DNA from: a virus
DNA: 64,000 bases
Reading direction: 5' to 3' (one strand)
Virus record (IMG/VR): IMGVR_UViG_3300026549_002454
Both the position numbers and the translations under genes were made by a program. The notes below the pieces were generated by a model that worked only from the letters and a program-made list of their open reading frames with translations, searched no databases and was not told the DNA's origin. Every line of letters starts with the position of its first letter. Positions within the stretch are counted from its first letter, which is position 1. Shown piece by piece: positions 52,001 through 63,352 of the stretch.

Positions 52001-52665
52001 ATGTCGAGCACCATGCCAAGCTCATTGTCTACGATGTCTGCCGCATCACTGGGGTTGTCCCAGTCGCCGCCAAGATCGGCAATACGCTTCTTGAACTCCT
52101 CGAAAACGCCTTTCTCCTGCAAGGGCTTCTCAAGGTTCTGAGCCAATGAGAGGTTGAACTTGTTGAAACCCCGCTTGCCGTTGAACTCGTTCCAGAATAC
52201 TTGCAGAAAAGAGAGTTTCTTGTCCTGTGACTGATCGTAGGATGTCTCAAGATTGAAAATACAAGTATCAACTGTTGCCTTTTTTACCCATGAAGCAATG
52301 GAGAGCAAGTCATCATAGTCGAAAAGCAGGTTATGGCTGTCGTCCAAAGGGTCGACAGCCTTCACTGCATCGAGATAATGCTGCAAAGCCTTCTCCTGTG
52401 TGTCAGGAGTGATGCAGTAGTCGAGGTATTTCAAGAAGTGAGATTTACCCGAGCCATAGTAGCCGTCAATCCAGATACCTACGTGGTCGTAAGGCTCGTT
52501 GTTCTTAATGGCATCGAGAATGCGGTAGAGACCGTTCATAATCTCATCGGTGAACACGTATTCATCGATTTCTATTTTCTCTGTGTCCGGGTCGAGCTTA
52601 GTAGCACTTACAGCCGGATTGACGGGACGACTGATATTCAGTCTGTATATTTCTTCTTGCTTCAT
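49048..52665 (-). CDS. brxC: BREX P-loop ATPase BrxC
   Basis: EYVFT, GIWIDGYYGSGKSHFLK (Walker A), IFLADEVSQF (Walker B), TAQQ, KIKGRF, YPFVPYQ; 1205 aa. Confidence 0.92.
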   Translation of the reverse strand: MKQEEIYRLNISRPVNPAVSATKLDPDTEKIEIDEYVFTDEIMNGLYRILDAIKNNEPYDHVGIWIDGYYGSGKSHFLKYLDYCITPDTQEKALQHYLDAVKAVDPLDDSHNLLFDYDDLLSIASWVKKATVDTCIFNLETSYDQSQDKKLSFLQVFWNEFNGKRGFNKFNLSLAQNLEKPLQEKGVFEEFKKRIADLGGDWDNPSDAADIVDNELGMVLDIACELAPTLDKESIRKRIINRDTTVSIDRFGMELNSYLKDKDDNYRLIFLADEVSQFINNERDRYLNLQEIITKLSEACHNRVWVACTAQQDLSQLESSMNIVEERDKEGKIKGRFEVKVSLKGTQPEVITQKRILDKAETAIPVLEKLYEEKSASFPLQFKLPNSYNAYDSEKDFVDYYPFVPYQFKLITQVFNSFLQLGYVATEIKGNERSIIKVIHATAKANRNREVGSFISFDELYNNMFEEGLQAQGQRAFNNARDMALKYPVDPKFAMRVANVLFMVCNISATDKLLFPASIDNITTLLINDVDTPRLNIKDKVEKVVQYLCDNNIIRREEGKKGAPDTFEFYSEEEMKVATLIANESVDNNTQAEVLRDVIFRYFSNLRNKETYKTRSFSVGVLIKGRSFLSNNPDITIEFHVDRDAENADQLSLINPSATRMIFFLGPQFAENKRLVKALYWYCQVNRYMMEPVTSKENGDIREEFNKRAKDQMTTLIEPEIHKILDSCPIITGMSVMDIPELDSKHGVERYHEAVQHHLANIYTKAGLVDNGVVPQSTELLKKAILRPVQSGDYDGVNASLTPAEKEVDIYLNKQFGDANVSDVVAKFAKAPYGWNGICTLYVINELVRRHRRDYSFANNPHVDLQTVAGHIVTESNKFTLREAEVIPQDVVNQFIDAWKNIFGMMQALSSTDSSQLYRQSHDPGDLKSLPALIKSYNGFINANAAYPFVKPLRNAVELFDEWNSMRDPVKFFTAVTEKQNEARQLNDTCKEVIAFIHDQLDRYKELLRFIRSNEDNFQFVPDEQQDYVVELKSLETKEWPISIREYVKLKNTVTAILDAKRKEIKENIVKVYNETFDLLEKSADEQGVPRTILTSRKNTIDSKTAPTNILLLMNNLNTVALFTEESAKIIQKAKELHGKTLPDGSSAGEDTPGENKIRTQLNMTLSTRTIKPLTNEHDVDEYLQCIKQQLMDKINKGFDITVVK

Positions 52666-52670
52666 AGCAC

Positions 52671-53297
52671 TTAAAGGGTTTCGTTTTCGTTTAACAGTAA
52701 TATCGCACGGTAAGTATGATTGTCCTGCAGGGTGTTGAACAGGCGGAAGGAGTTGCCGTCCTGCTGCCCGGGATAGAACACGATAATCTTGTATTTATTG
52801 GTCTGGTTATAGTTCTCGTAAAGAGCCAGGAACTGGTTGACCCTAAGATAAGGGAACATGGAGCCGATGCCATAGAGGAACACATAGGAATAGCGAACGC
52901 CATTCTCTCGCTTTTCGATGTGCTCTTTGATGCGGTTCTGGATATATTCGAGGAATTCCGGGCTGTGCGCGTTGCGGGTCAGCGTCTCCTGTACGTTGGC
53001 GACGCAAGCTGCGTCGCCTTCTGCTTCCTTCTCAAGGAGATAATGCAGCATGGAGGGGTACCGCAAAAATCTTTTATTGTCAAGAAAATTGCAGAACTCT
53101 TCGAAGAGGTTCAGCGTAAGTACGTCCTGATAGCTTGTAGGACGCTTGAGGTTACGCTTGAACTCCTGTATCTGCCGCCTCATTTCGTATTCCTCCGTGG
53201 CTGGATACTGATAGATGTAATAGTTGTAGAACAAGTCGTTCTCAGTATCCTGGAATTCGGGGCTGTTCAGCTTTTGGTCTAATTCCTGTATGGTCAT
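52671..53297 (-). CDS. brxB: BrxB (DUF1788)
   Basis: YYIYQYPATEE, GIGSMFPYLR, VFYPG, FRLF...YRA; lies between brxA and brxC. Confidence 0.88.
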   Translation of the reverse strand: MTIQELDQKLNSPEFQDTENDLFYNYYIYQYPATEEYEMRRQIQEFKRNLKRPTSYQDVLTLNLFEEFCNFLDNKRFLRYPSMLHYLLEKEAEGDAACVANVQETLTRNAHSPEFLEYIQNRIKEHIEKRENGVRYSYVFLYGIGSMFPYLRVNQFLALYENYNQTNKYKIIVFYPGQQDGNSFRLFNTLQDNHTYRAILLLNENETL

Positions 53298-53327
53298 TAT
53301 CTGATTATGGTTCTATTCCGTGAATGA

Positions 53328-53963
53328 TTATAGTTCTATCGCCCTCTTCTTGATATCCGCTATCTCGTAAGGCTGCAACAGGCATGCTTCTAGAAACCAA
53401 GCTTCTCCATGGGTGAGATAGAAATCATAGTTGGTACAATGAATTGGGTGGAGCTGGTTGTCGTCATCAAGCATGTTCACCTTCCTCAATATGGACAGAT
53501 AAGCTGCCGCCACCTTTTTCTTGGTGTTCTCTGTCCATGAGTCAACGAACTCATCCTTGGAGGATATCTCGTTGAACTCCATCATCAGGTCACTGCGGTC
53601 AACACTACGTGAAGCTGAGTTCCACCTACGCATAGTTACGTTGACATGAAGGTCAAAGAGTATTTTGTAGGTTTTGAGAATGACCATGAACAAAGCAACT
53701 TTGCGATTGGCATCATCCATCGTCGTCCACTCATTCCAGAAAGATGTCGGCATTGATTTATAGCGCCGGTTAATCTCGGAAATGAAACGCTTGCGCGATG
53801 TCTCGGCATTGACATGCAATATGGTATTGTTGACAGCCTCTTCTTTGAGCAGCCGATTCTTCTCGGGAGACTGCAGCAACGGCATGAGGGCGACAGTCTC
53901 TTCGTAGAGGAAGCCGCCGCCTGTTACAGATGCACTATATGGACTTTTTATTGTTGTCGTCAT
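53328..53963 (-). CDS. brxA: BrxA (DUF1819)
   Basis: YSASVTGGGFLYEE, NNTIL, SWTENTKKK; first gene of the BREX core. Confidence 0.85.
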   Translation of the reverse strand: MTTTIKSPYSASVTGGGFLYEETVALMPLLQSPEKNRLLKEEAVNNTILHVNAETSRKRFISEINRRYKSMPTSFWNEWTTMDDANRKVALFMVILKTYKILFDLHVNVTMRRWNSASRSVDRSDLMMEFNEISSKDEFVDSWTENTKKKVAAAYLSILRKVNMLDDDNQLHPIHCTNYDFYLTHGEAWFLEACLLQPYEIADIKKRAIEL

Positions 53964-53968
53964 TCCTA

Positions 53969-54169
53969 TTACTTTGTATGATTGATGAGGTCACAGATAT
54001 CAACATCGAGAACTGCTGCTATCTTCTGTAGAGTATAAAGGTCGGGCTGCGCGTAATTGGTGCACCACTTTGACACAGTGGCAGGGTCTTTACCCAGTAT
54101 CTGTGCCAAACGCTTGTTAGTGCATTTTTTCTCAGCCAACACGACTTTTATCCGATTGAGATCTGCCAT
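53969..54169 (-). CDS. Small XRE HTH regulator
   Basis: LNRIKVVLAEK...TVSKWCTNYAQPDL; TAACTTTG promoter motif on the minus strand at 54244-54251. Confidence 0.85.
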   Translation of the reverse strand: MADLNRIKVVLAEKKCTNKRLAQILGKDPATVSKWCTNYAQPDLYTLQKIAAVLDVDICDLINHTK

Positions 54170-54307
54170 AAGTCTTTAATTCAAAATAAGGTCTTTCTTT
54201 GCTCTAGTTTGCCAAGCCCCTAATTGAGTCTTTGCGTTAAGCGCAAAGTTAATAATTTTATTCGGAAGTACAGACATTATCGGTAAAAAATATCGTGGAT
54301 GAGGTAT

Positions 54308-55303
54308 TTATTTGTATTTCTCGAGGCTTTTCTCCATTCTTTCCTTTATTCTATCCCGTAGGGATCGTGGAGCGACAACCTCCACATAATCACCGAATGA
54401 CAGAATTTTCTGTTCCAACTCATAGTTAATAATGACGTGCATCTGCATGGTGACAAAGTCATCATTTTCTTCGATAACCGTCTGACTACCATGCCAAGGT
54501 TTGGTCGACACATACTTAAATTGGTCTTTGGGAAAGTGAAGGACGACATCTTCCGGCCCTTGCCCGTTGCGGCGGCTGACTCCTATCATGTCAGAGAAGT
54601 ATTCGTCGAAGTCGATATCTGTATCTCGGTAGGGAACATGGGCGAGCTTCACGCTGAGGATGCGGTCGAGAGGATAGTTACTGAGGTTGGTGTGGTCGCC
54701 GTTGCAGCAGAAGAGGAACCAGCGGTTGTTGTACTGCTTCAAGTAGTAGGGGTGGACAATGAGCGTCTGAGGTTCTGCCATCCGGAAACTCTGATAGCGC
54801 AGCTCCACGGTGGTCTTCTTGCGGATGGCGTTGAAGAGTGGGGTGAAGTGCTCCATCCCTTTATTATACATGGATGACTCGAAGCCGACTGCGGCGCGCA
54901 CTTCCTTATGGTTGCTCATGCAGAGGTTGAGGCGGGCACTGAGCTCTGCCACCCAGTCGGCCTCCGGCATGCCGTCGAAGCGCTGGAGGATGTCCAAAGC
55001 CTGGGAGAGATGCAAAAGATCGTCCTCAGAGAGCTCGGTGGAGAAGATGGAGAAGTTGGGGTCCTCATACTGATAGGTGGTCTGCCGCCCGTGCTTCTTG
55101 CGGACGATGTTGGTGTGGTACTCGTTCTCGATGTTGAGCAGGTCGTCCATCAACGTGGTGCGTGAGGTGATGGTTGGCTCACCTCGCAGCTCCAGCTCCC
55201 GATTGATGAACTCGGTGAGCTCCTTGCCCGAATAGGCGTGTCCGCTGCGCAGACACTGGTCGAGGACGCGCAGACGGGTGGAATAGTTCTTGGTGTTCGG
55301 CAT
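54308..55303 (-). CDS. WYL-domain transcriptional regulator (BrxR/CapW-like)
   Basis: N-terminal wHTH; VHPYYLKQYNNRWFL, LDRI; WCX-like C-terminus ILSFGDYVEVVAPRSLR. Confidence 0.9.
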   Translation of the reverse strand: MPNTKNYSTRLRVLDQCLRSGHAYSGKELTEFINRELELRGEPTITSRTTLMDDLLNIENEYHTNIVRKKHGRQTTYQYEDPNFSIFSTELSEDDLLHLSQALDILQRFDGMPEADWVAELSARLNLCMSNHKEVRAAVGFESSMYNKGMEHFTPLFNAIRKKTTVELRYQSFRMAEPQTLIVHPYYLKQYNNRWFLFCCNGDHTNLSNYPLDRILSVKLAHVPYRDTDIDFDEYFSDMIGVSRRNGQGPEDVVLHFPKDQFKYVSTKPWHGSQTVIEENDDFVTMQMHVIINYELEQKILSFGDYVEVVAPRSLRDRIKERMEKSLEKYK

Positions 55304-55308
55304 GATGG

Positions 55309-56010
55309 TTATTCTTTGATGAGTGATGTATCGTTCTCTTCATGGTTGAGATAGTGGTAGGCATGGAGATACTTATTGAGGCGGTGCCAGTCCTTCTCAG
55401 TGAGGTCAGGCAGACGGCGGATGTCCATGTTATCTTCCAAATCAGCCAGTTTCACGAGCCTTCCGGTCTGGTTGGTGTTGGCTCTTGCAATAAAGTCGGC
55501 ATAGCTCTCACCTTCCTTCCGTGTGACAGAGAGGATGGCATCGACAGTATCTTGAGTGTAGCCTAATTGCAACAGCTTCTCAGGCGTCATGCCTGTATCC
55601 TCTATCGTGTCATGCAGTAAGGCAACTATTTTATCTTCGATAAGATCCAGTCGTGCACTTACTCTTAATGGGTGGAAGTAATAGTCTTTCCCGGCTTTGT
55701 CCTTTTGACCATAGTGCTGGAGCATCATGAGGTTGGCGGTATCGATATAGTGCTTGTCTTCATCCGAGACTTTGCACTGTGGGACAATCTCCAAAAGCAG
55801 ACCGATGATGTCCTGTGGATCGGCCTCTACAGCATCATCATTATATTCGAAAAACTGAACGTCGTCTATGAGGGTTATCAGTTCTTCTACAGTATCTGTC
55901 ACATCTGTACCAAAGGCATAGATGTGATGGGCCTCCAATTCCTGTGGAATAATGGAGTACTCCTTGGTCTCTGCATCGTAATTGAGATAAACTTTCAGCT
56001 TCTTGTCCAT
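55309..56010 (-). CDS. HD-domain RelA/SpoT-hydrolase-like protein with an acidic N-terminal extension
   Basis: HYGQKDKAGKDYYFHPLRV, ALLHDTIEDT, VKLADLEDN; ends 5 nt before the WYL start. Confidence 0.82.
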   Translation of the reverse strand: MDKKLKVYLNYDAETKEYSIIPQELEAHHIYAFGTDVTDTVEELITLIDDVQFFEYNDDAVEADPQDIIGLLLEIVPQCKVSDEDKHYIDTANLMMLQHYGQKDKAGKDYYFHPLRVSARLDLIEDKIVALLHDTIEDTGMTPEKLLQLGYTQDTVDAILSVTRKEGESYADFIARANTNQTGRLVKLADLEDNMDIRRLPDLTEKDWHRLNKYLHAYHYLNHEENDTSLIKE

Positions 56011-56032
56011 AATAATATTCTATTAATGAGTG

Positions 56033-56142
56033 CAAATATACGAATAATCTGTTCTCTCTATGCGGACGCGTCCAAAAAATTTGTATTTATCAAAAATAAT
56101 TGGACGTGTCCGCATAGGGAGAACAGATGGGTATTATCTTTG
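56033..56142. promoter_or_regulatory. Divergent promoters enclosing a 29-bp inverted repeat
   Basis: -7 boxes TATATTTG (minus, 56033-56040) and TATCTTTG (plus, 56135-56142); arms 56047-56075 and 56100-56128 with 2 mismatches. Confidence 0.75.
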
Positions 56143-56171
56143 CGGCAGAATAACTGAAACATTATAAGTTT

Positions 56172-56750
56172 ATGAGAAAAACAATTTTATCTATCTTACT
56201 TTTTGCTTTTGCCGTTAGTGTAAAGGCACAGAATGTAGCAGGTAACTGTTATCGTGGCTTTGTAGACGCCGGCTATACCATCGGTTTCAGAGATTATGAT
56301 TTCAACCGCTTTGAAATCAATACCTCTCATGGCTACCAAATTAATCCGTACTTCTTTGTAGGAGGCGGAACGGGACTGCATTTCATGCCCTCCTATAAGA
56401 CATCAGGATCAGGTGAAATAGCTCTTGACACACGGGACAGCAAGGTGGACATTCCTGTTTTTGCTAATCTTCGAGGTACATTCTCAAAGGGTCGTTTTGC
56501 CCCGTTTATTGATGCCAAGGCAGGAACCTATGTTAACAACAATGGAGGAATGTATATCAATGCTTCAATAGGCTTACGAATTTCTGTAAATAGTAAGCAG
56601 GCTGTTGACATCATGGTTGGTTATACAGATGAGAAGCTTGAGTTTGAGACCTTCGGCCACTTCGTCAGCGACTATAGCCTTGATTATACGCGCACGCCGG
56701 TAAAAAGAGAAGCTGAGGGAATCGCTATCAAGGTCGGTTATGAATTCTAA
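56172..56750 (+). CDS. Outer-membrane beta-barrel protein
   Basis: Signal peptide, amphipathic strands, HGYQINPYFFVGGG, C-terminal KVGYEF. Confidence 0.8.
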   Translation: MRKTILSILLFAFAVSVKAQNVAGNCYRGFVDAGYTIGFRDYDFNRFEINTSHGYQINPYFFVGGGTGLHFMPSYKTSGSGEIALDTRDSKVDIPVFANLRGTFSKGRFAPFIDAKAGTYVNNNGGMYINASIGLRISVNSKQAVDIMVGYTDEKLEFETFGHFVSDYSLDYTRTPVKREAEGIAIKVGYEF

Positions 56751-56769
56751 TCTATAAACAAAGTGAAAT

Positions 56770-57453
56770 ATGAAAAAGATTTTCGTTTCTATCGTTTTGG
56801 TTTGCTTTGCCGTCCTCACAGCTAATGCACAGATGATGAGGGCTGAGGAGCTGGAGAAGTACGCAAAAGAGAAGTACGGTGACAAATGGGTAGAGGCTGC
56901 CGAGAACATCAAGGCACAGGTGACTCTTGACAAGAATAACTCTCTTACCTATACCCAGGTTATTCCGTGTCCGGGGAAAACTGCAGCTCAGCTCTATGTG
57001 CTTTTAAACTATTGGTATACTGCTACATTTAATGACGCTAACTCTGTCATCAAACTTAATGACAAAGAATTGGGATGTATCATTGGTGAAGGATATCTGA
57101 AAGACATTGCTGGTCACGCTGGCGGCACAAATGCATATGATGTAAGCATTCGCCCCATCATCAAGACTGACATCAAAGACGAGAAGATACGTGTGACATA
57201 CACTGTTCCAGCATATAGTGTAGTCGTACTGCAAGGAGGCGGAATCATGGGAGCCTTGGCAGGTACCCCCGCAACACGTAGCGATGAGACCTGGGCTATA
57301 GACCAATGCTTTCCTTTTGTTGCTAAGGATGGACATAAGAAGACATCGGCTAAGGCTTTTGTCATGACGCATGCCTATAGCAATGTGATGATGGATAAAA
57401 TAGAAGAGGCTGTAAAGAATGGCTTGTCTGGAAATGAAGGAGACAATTGGTAA
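56770..57453 (+). CDS. DUF4468-like exported protein
   Basis: Signal peptide; ANSVIKLNDKELGCIIGEG, DIKDEKIRVT. Confidence 0.65.
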   Translation: MKKIFVSIVLVCFAVLTANAQMMRAEELEKYAKEKYGDKWVEAAENIKAQVTLDKNNSLTYTQVIPCPGKTAAQLYVLLNYWYTATFNDANSVIKLNDKELGCIIGEGYLKDIAGHAGGTNAYDVSIRPIIKTDIKDEKIRVTYTVPAYSVVVLQGGGIMGALAGTPATRSDETWAIDQCFPFVAKDGHKKTSAKAFVMTHAYSNVMMDKIEEAVKNGLSGNEGDNW

Positions 57454-57979
57454 CACTCTATTTCGCAGGATGCTTATCATCTTACTGCTCATACTCCCCA
57501 TCGGGATGTATGGGCAGAGGCATCTTGCCTTCTTGGGACATCCTATTACGGGCGACATGAAGTCGTTTGTTGCGATGTTAGAGGACAATGGATTCTCTAC
57601 AGAAGCAGGTAAAGGATGGTTTCCTAAGATGAAATGCAAGTATCTACGTGGTGATTTCTGGAACTTCCCGGACTGTGAGATTGTCGTCAGAAAACCTAAA
57701 AAATGGAAAGACGTCACCTCTGTCTATATTCACCCCAAGAACAATTTTTTGTTACTGAATGAACTGATCAATGTACTCGATGGCAAGTATGGACGGCATG
57801 AGGAGAGCTATTCCGATACAGATGTTAATGCTCTGACCTTTACATGGAATATGCCAGAGGGTGTTATCCAAATATTTGGAACAGTCGTGTACGGACAAAG
57901 TTTCGATATTATTTACCGAGACTACACGGAAGTGAACCTACTCAACCATATCATAAATTCCATTGACAATGACTTATAA
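57434..57979 (+). CDS. Hypothetical exported protein
   Basis: Hydrophobic N-terminus, HLAFLGHPITG, LDGKYG; start uncertain. Confidence 0.6.
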   Translation: MKETIGNTLFRRMLIILLLILPIGMYGQRHLAFLGHPITGDMKSFVAMLEDNGFSTEAGKGWFPKMKCKYLRGDFWNFPDCEIVVRKPKKWKDVTSVYIHPKNNFLLLNELINVLDGKYGRHEESYSDTDVNALTFTWNMPEGVIQIFGTVVYGQSFDIIYRDYTEVNLLNHIINSIDNDL

Positions 57980-58057
57980 TGCCCCTTTTAACAGTCCAGG
58001 ATTGTTGTATGGAAGCCGGTAAAGGAAAAACAAAAATGTACATTAAAAGCAAATACT

Positions 58058-58453
58058 ATGACAAAGAAAATTAGAACCAACCTATTTATCCTGATAAGTC
58101 TGTTAGTCAGCTGTATCTCAGTTGTGAGTATGACCTCTTGCTCTAAGGACGACGATGATTATGACAACAACTATGCTGCGTTGTTCGCAAAAACCGATTA
58201 CTTCATTGACATGTTGGATAAAGTTTATGAGCGTTATGACGCTTTCGGCTCTAAGTCGACAGAAACCAGTGACGGTAAGTTTACTGTAACTCCTATCGGC
58301 CGTCTGATCATCGTTAAGAAGAATTCATATGCTACAGATATCACCTATACAGATGTCAAGGCGGCCCTTGAGAAACATTATCGGAGCAACAGAAAGGTGA
58401 ATGAAATCTATATAAACACTGGAGGCACAATAACAATTGACTGTAGAAGCTAA
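58058..58453 (+). CDS. Hypothetical lipoprotein
   Basis: Lipobox MTSC followed by SKDDDD. Confidence 0.7.
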   Translation: MTKKIRTNLFILISLLVSCISVVSMTSCSKDDDDYDNNYAALFAKTDYFIDMLDKVYERYDAFGSKSTETSDGKFTVTPIGRLIIVKKNSYATDITYTDVKAALEKHYRSNRKVNEIYINTGGTITIDCRS

Positions 58454-58689
58454 ATTCAGTGGAAATATAAAGAAAAGGTGACAAAGTATACGACTTTGAA
58501 AAATAAGTCGTATATTTGCCACTGAAGATTAAAAAGAACACTACTATGGGAATGAAAGGCAAGGCTATGTTCACATTATACCTTGCAGCAAAGAGACGCA
58601 TGGTAGGCAACAATCATCAAATCGACTACAATCATTATGATGATTATGAAAGCGAGGATTTTGACAACGATTAATCGAAAGGAGCACCT

Positions 58690-58899
58690 ATGAAATTCGG
58701 ATTCAGAAAGCCGTCGATCAAGAGAAGTATCAGCGCACGGACGACGGGACAGGCGAAGAGAGCTATCAAGCGAGCGCTGATTCCTGGTTATGGCAAAAGG
58801 GGCATGGGGATCTTGCATCCTAAGAAGGCCTTGTATAACCGTGTCTATCGCCGCACAACATTCGGATTGGGCGATATACTCAAAGCATTGTTCAAATAG
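58690..58899 (+). CDS. Small basic hypothetical protein (mobile-element type)
   Basis: MKFGFRKPSIKRSISARTTG...IPGYGKRGMG..PKKALYNRVYRRTT; AAAGGAG upstream. Confidence 0.65.
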   Translation: MKFGFRKPSIKRSISARTTGQAKRAIKRALIPGYGKRGMGILHPKKALYNRVYRRTTFGLGDILKALFK

Positions 58900-59016
58900 A
58901 ATCTCAGGTTATGGATGGTTTGCTGTGCCCCGAATGTGGATGTCCGGAAGTTCTTGTCTATGACGATGGTACTTGTGAATGTCAAGGCTGCGGATTTGTG
59001 GCTGATATTGAGACTT

Positions 59017-59247
59017 TCAGACATTGACTGAAAATAACGAACCATGATTTCCCTCCCCATCATAGTCTGCTGACATGGGCATCTGCGAACAGAAGGACGA
59101 CAAAACTTCGTCAGGAAGATGCTCGTTCAACTCTATGTGGAAGGAGAAAGAGGAACGGTCGTAATGCAAGTCCCATAGGGAAAAGCCAAGGGAGTTGACC
59201 GCTGCCGTTATCTCGTCCTGTTTCTGCCAGATGTCTTCGTAGTTCAT
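59017..59247 (-). CDS. Small hypothetical protein downstream of recD2
   Basis: 76-aa ORF starting 5 nt after the recD2 stop. Confidence 0.55.
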   Translation of the reverse strand: MNYEDIWQKQDEITAAVNSLGFSLWDLHYDRSSFSFHIELNEHLPDEVLSSFCSQMPMSADYDGEGNHGSLFSVNV

Positions 59248-59252
59248 GGTCT

Positions 59253-61454
<2,202 letters not shown>

Positions 61455-61647
61455 AATGATGTTACAAAAGTACTGAAATTATTGGGCAATCAAGAAAACA
61501 ACTGTACTTTTGTAGTCCACAAATGAGAAACAGACCTATAGCCTTGTTTCCAACAGCAGACATAATTGTAAATACTATCAAATAATTTTTGGTATGTAAT
61601 TTATTATTTGTAACTTTGCGATTATAGTTGTAAACCCTATAAGGTAT

Positions 61648-62229
61648 ATGCTTATGAAGAAGTTATTATTAGCTCTTTTTCTTTCTGTTTTCTCTTTGGA
61701 ACTTTTAAATGCGCAAGAAGTTACATTTAATGACCAAAAGGAATTAGTTTTGAAAGAGGTGATTAAAGATTCTACATTAACGAAGAGTCAAATTTTTACA
61801 GCTGTCCAATCAATGCTAAGTGATTGGCATCCAAATACCAATAGTAAGAATTCGATAGACTACTCAGACTTAACTACAGGTACGATTATTACTAAAGGCC
61901 AGTATTGGCTTGGATTCCATAAATCAAATTTAATGTATGGTTACAATGTGCTTGCTGATTTTTCGTGCACAATCAGAATGAAAGATGGTAAATATCAGGT
62001 CCTTTTAAAAGTGCCAACCATAACATTGTCCTGGTCTGCTGGCAACACTGATGACGAAAAGGTTGATGTTGTACACGTTTATCCATCTTATGATGGTTAT
62101 AAGACAAGTCATTATTTAACGAAGAAACCATTAACCGAGTTTGGCCCCAAAGTCCCTGATGCTATGCGGACAATCTTTCAGTCGATAAAATACTTTGTAA
62201 TGCAGAATGCAGAGAAAAACGATTTTTAG
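61648..62229 (+). CDS. DUF4468-like exported protein
   Basis: Signal peptide; IDYSDLTTGTIITKG, TIRMKDGKYQV; TAACTTTG promoter motif upstream. Confidence 0.6.
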   Translation: MLMKKLLLALFLSVFSLELLNAQEVTFNDQKELVLKEVIKDSTLTKSQIFTAVQSMLSDWHPNTNSKNSIDYSDLTTGTIITKGQYWLGFHKSNLMYGYNVLADFSCTIRMKDGKYQVLLKVPTITLSWSAGNTDDEKVDVVHVYPSYDGYKTSHYLTKKPLTEFGPKVPDAMRTIFQSIKYFVMQNAEKNDF

Positions 62230-62244
62230 TTCGAGTTTAGAATT

Positions 62245-62470
62245 AGGTCTATAGCCTATATGAATACAAACTAACATTGTGGAGCGTTATTTTGTTTCTG
62301 TTGACAAAGTTAGCCAAATTAAGAACGACAGCAACGGCTGGGCTTTTGACCATAAAAAGCCACGTTACTCTCTTGACATCTTGCTAACTGTGATAAATGT
62401 TTCTATACAGTTTGTTGACATAATCAACCCTCTGCCACATCTTAAATTTGACAACGCAAAAGAGAACTAA
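62245..62470 (+). pseudogene. Remnant of a type ISP restriction-modification gene (extreme C-terminus)
   Basis: ERYFVSVDKVSQIKNDSNGWAFDHKKPRYSLDILLTVINVSIQFVDIINPLP resembles the type ISP C-terminal tail; no upstream coding body. Confidence 0.65.
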
Positions 62471-62554
62471 AATATGCACATGGCTTTTAAAGGACAGAAA
62501 TTTAAGGAATGTTCAATGATAATTCAATTAAAGTTCAACTAAAAACAATTAACA

Positions 62555-63352
62555 ATGAAGAAAGTTTTATTATTTCTAATGATGGTCTTGACTTCAATGT
62601 CATTCTTTGGTTGTAGCAATAGTGATGATGGAGAAGATGAGTCTTCAACTCAGCAAGCACATACCAAACTCGGTGAGATCGAAATGGAAGGCTCGTATAT
62701 CGGCAGAGGTCAAGTAGTCGAGTTCAAATGTTCACAGACGTTAGCTGAAGGCAAATCCGTATTGTGGTCTGTTGACGGAAATGCTATTGGATCAACTAAT
62801 AACACTACGGATTCTGTAATTTGGACTGCAACTTCTGGACAGCACACAGTAACAGCATCTGTTGATAATATCACTAAGACTAAGAGCTTTAATGTCATAG
62901 AATGTGATTTAGGCATAGGAATTATAGGCGATCCTTCATCGAAGATATTGCGTACATTAGGATTGGATAAGGTCTATAGCTTAGATGAAGAAAGTGTGCG
63001 AAACGGTAACCTAACATATACTTTTAAGAACCGAAAACTAGTTAAGATTGAGAGTGAAGTCAGAGGATATATCGCCCAGCAAACTGGTGATTACCTTCAA
63101 CAGCCTTTAACCGTGTTCTATCAGTATTATGGGACGATGGTTGCTCGATGCGGACAGCCTGTGTCGTCAAACTTTAGTGATCTTGACTTTGAGAATATGG
63201 ATTACACGACGAAGGCTAATTGGGGATTAAGTATAGTCAATGGTAGTGCTTGGCTTAGTTGTGTATTCAAGACTCAGGCTGGCAACTCTTTATCTATGGA
63301 GATGACAGGTAGAAGCGGAACTTTGTTTACAATAGACATGACCGTTGAATAA
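62555..63352 (+). CDS. Hypothetical lipoprotein with an Ig/PKD-like segment
   Basis: Lipobox FFGC followed by SNSDD; WSVDG...GQHTVTASV. Confidence 0.7.
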   Translation: MKKVLLFLMMVLTSMSFFGCSNSDDGEDESSTQQAHTKLGEIEMEGSYIGRGQVVEFKCSQTLAEGKSVLWSVDGNAIGSTNNTTDSVIWTATSGQHTVTASVDNITKTKSFNVIECDLGIGIIGDPSSKILRTLGLDKVYSLDEESVRNGNLTYTFKNRKLVKIESEVRGYIAQQTGDYLQQPLTVFYQYYGTMVARCGQPVSSNFSDLDFENMDYTTKANWGLSIVNGSAWLSCVFKTQAGNSLSMEMTGRSGTLFTIDMTVE

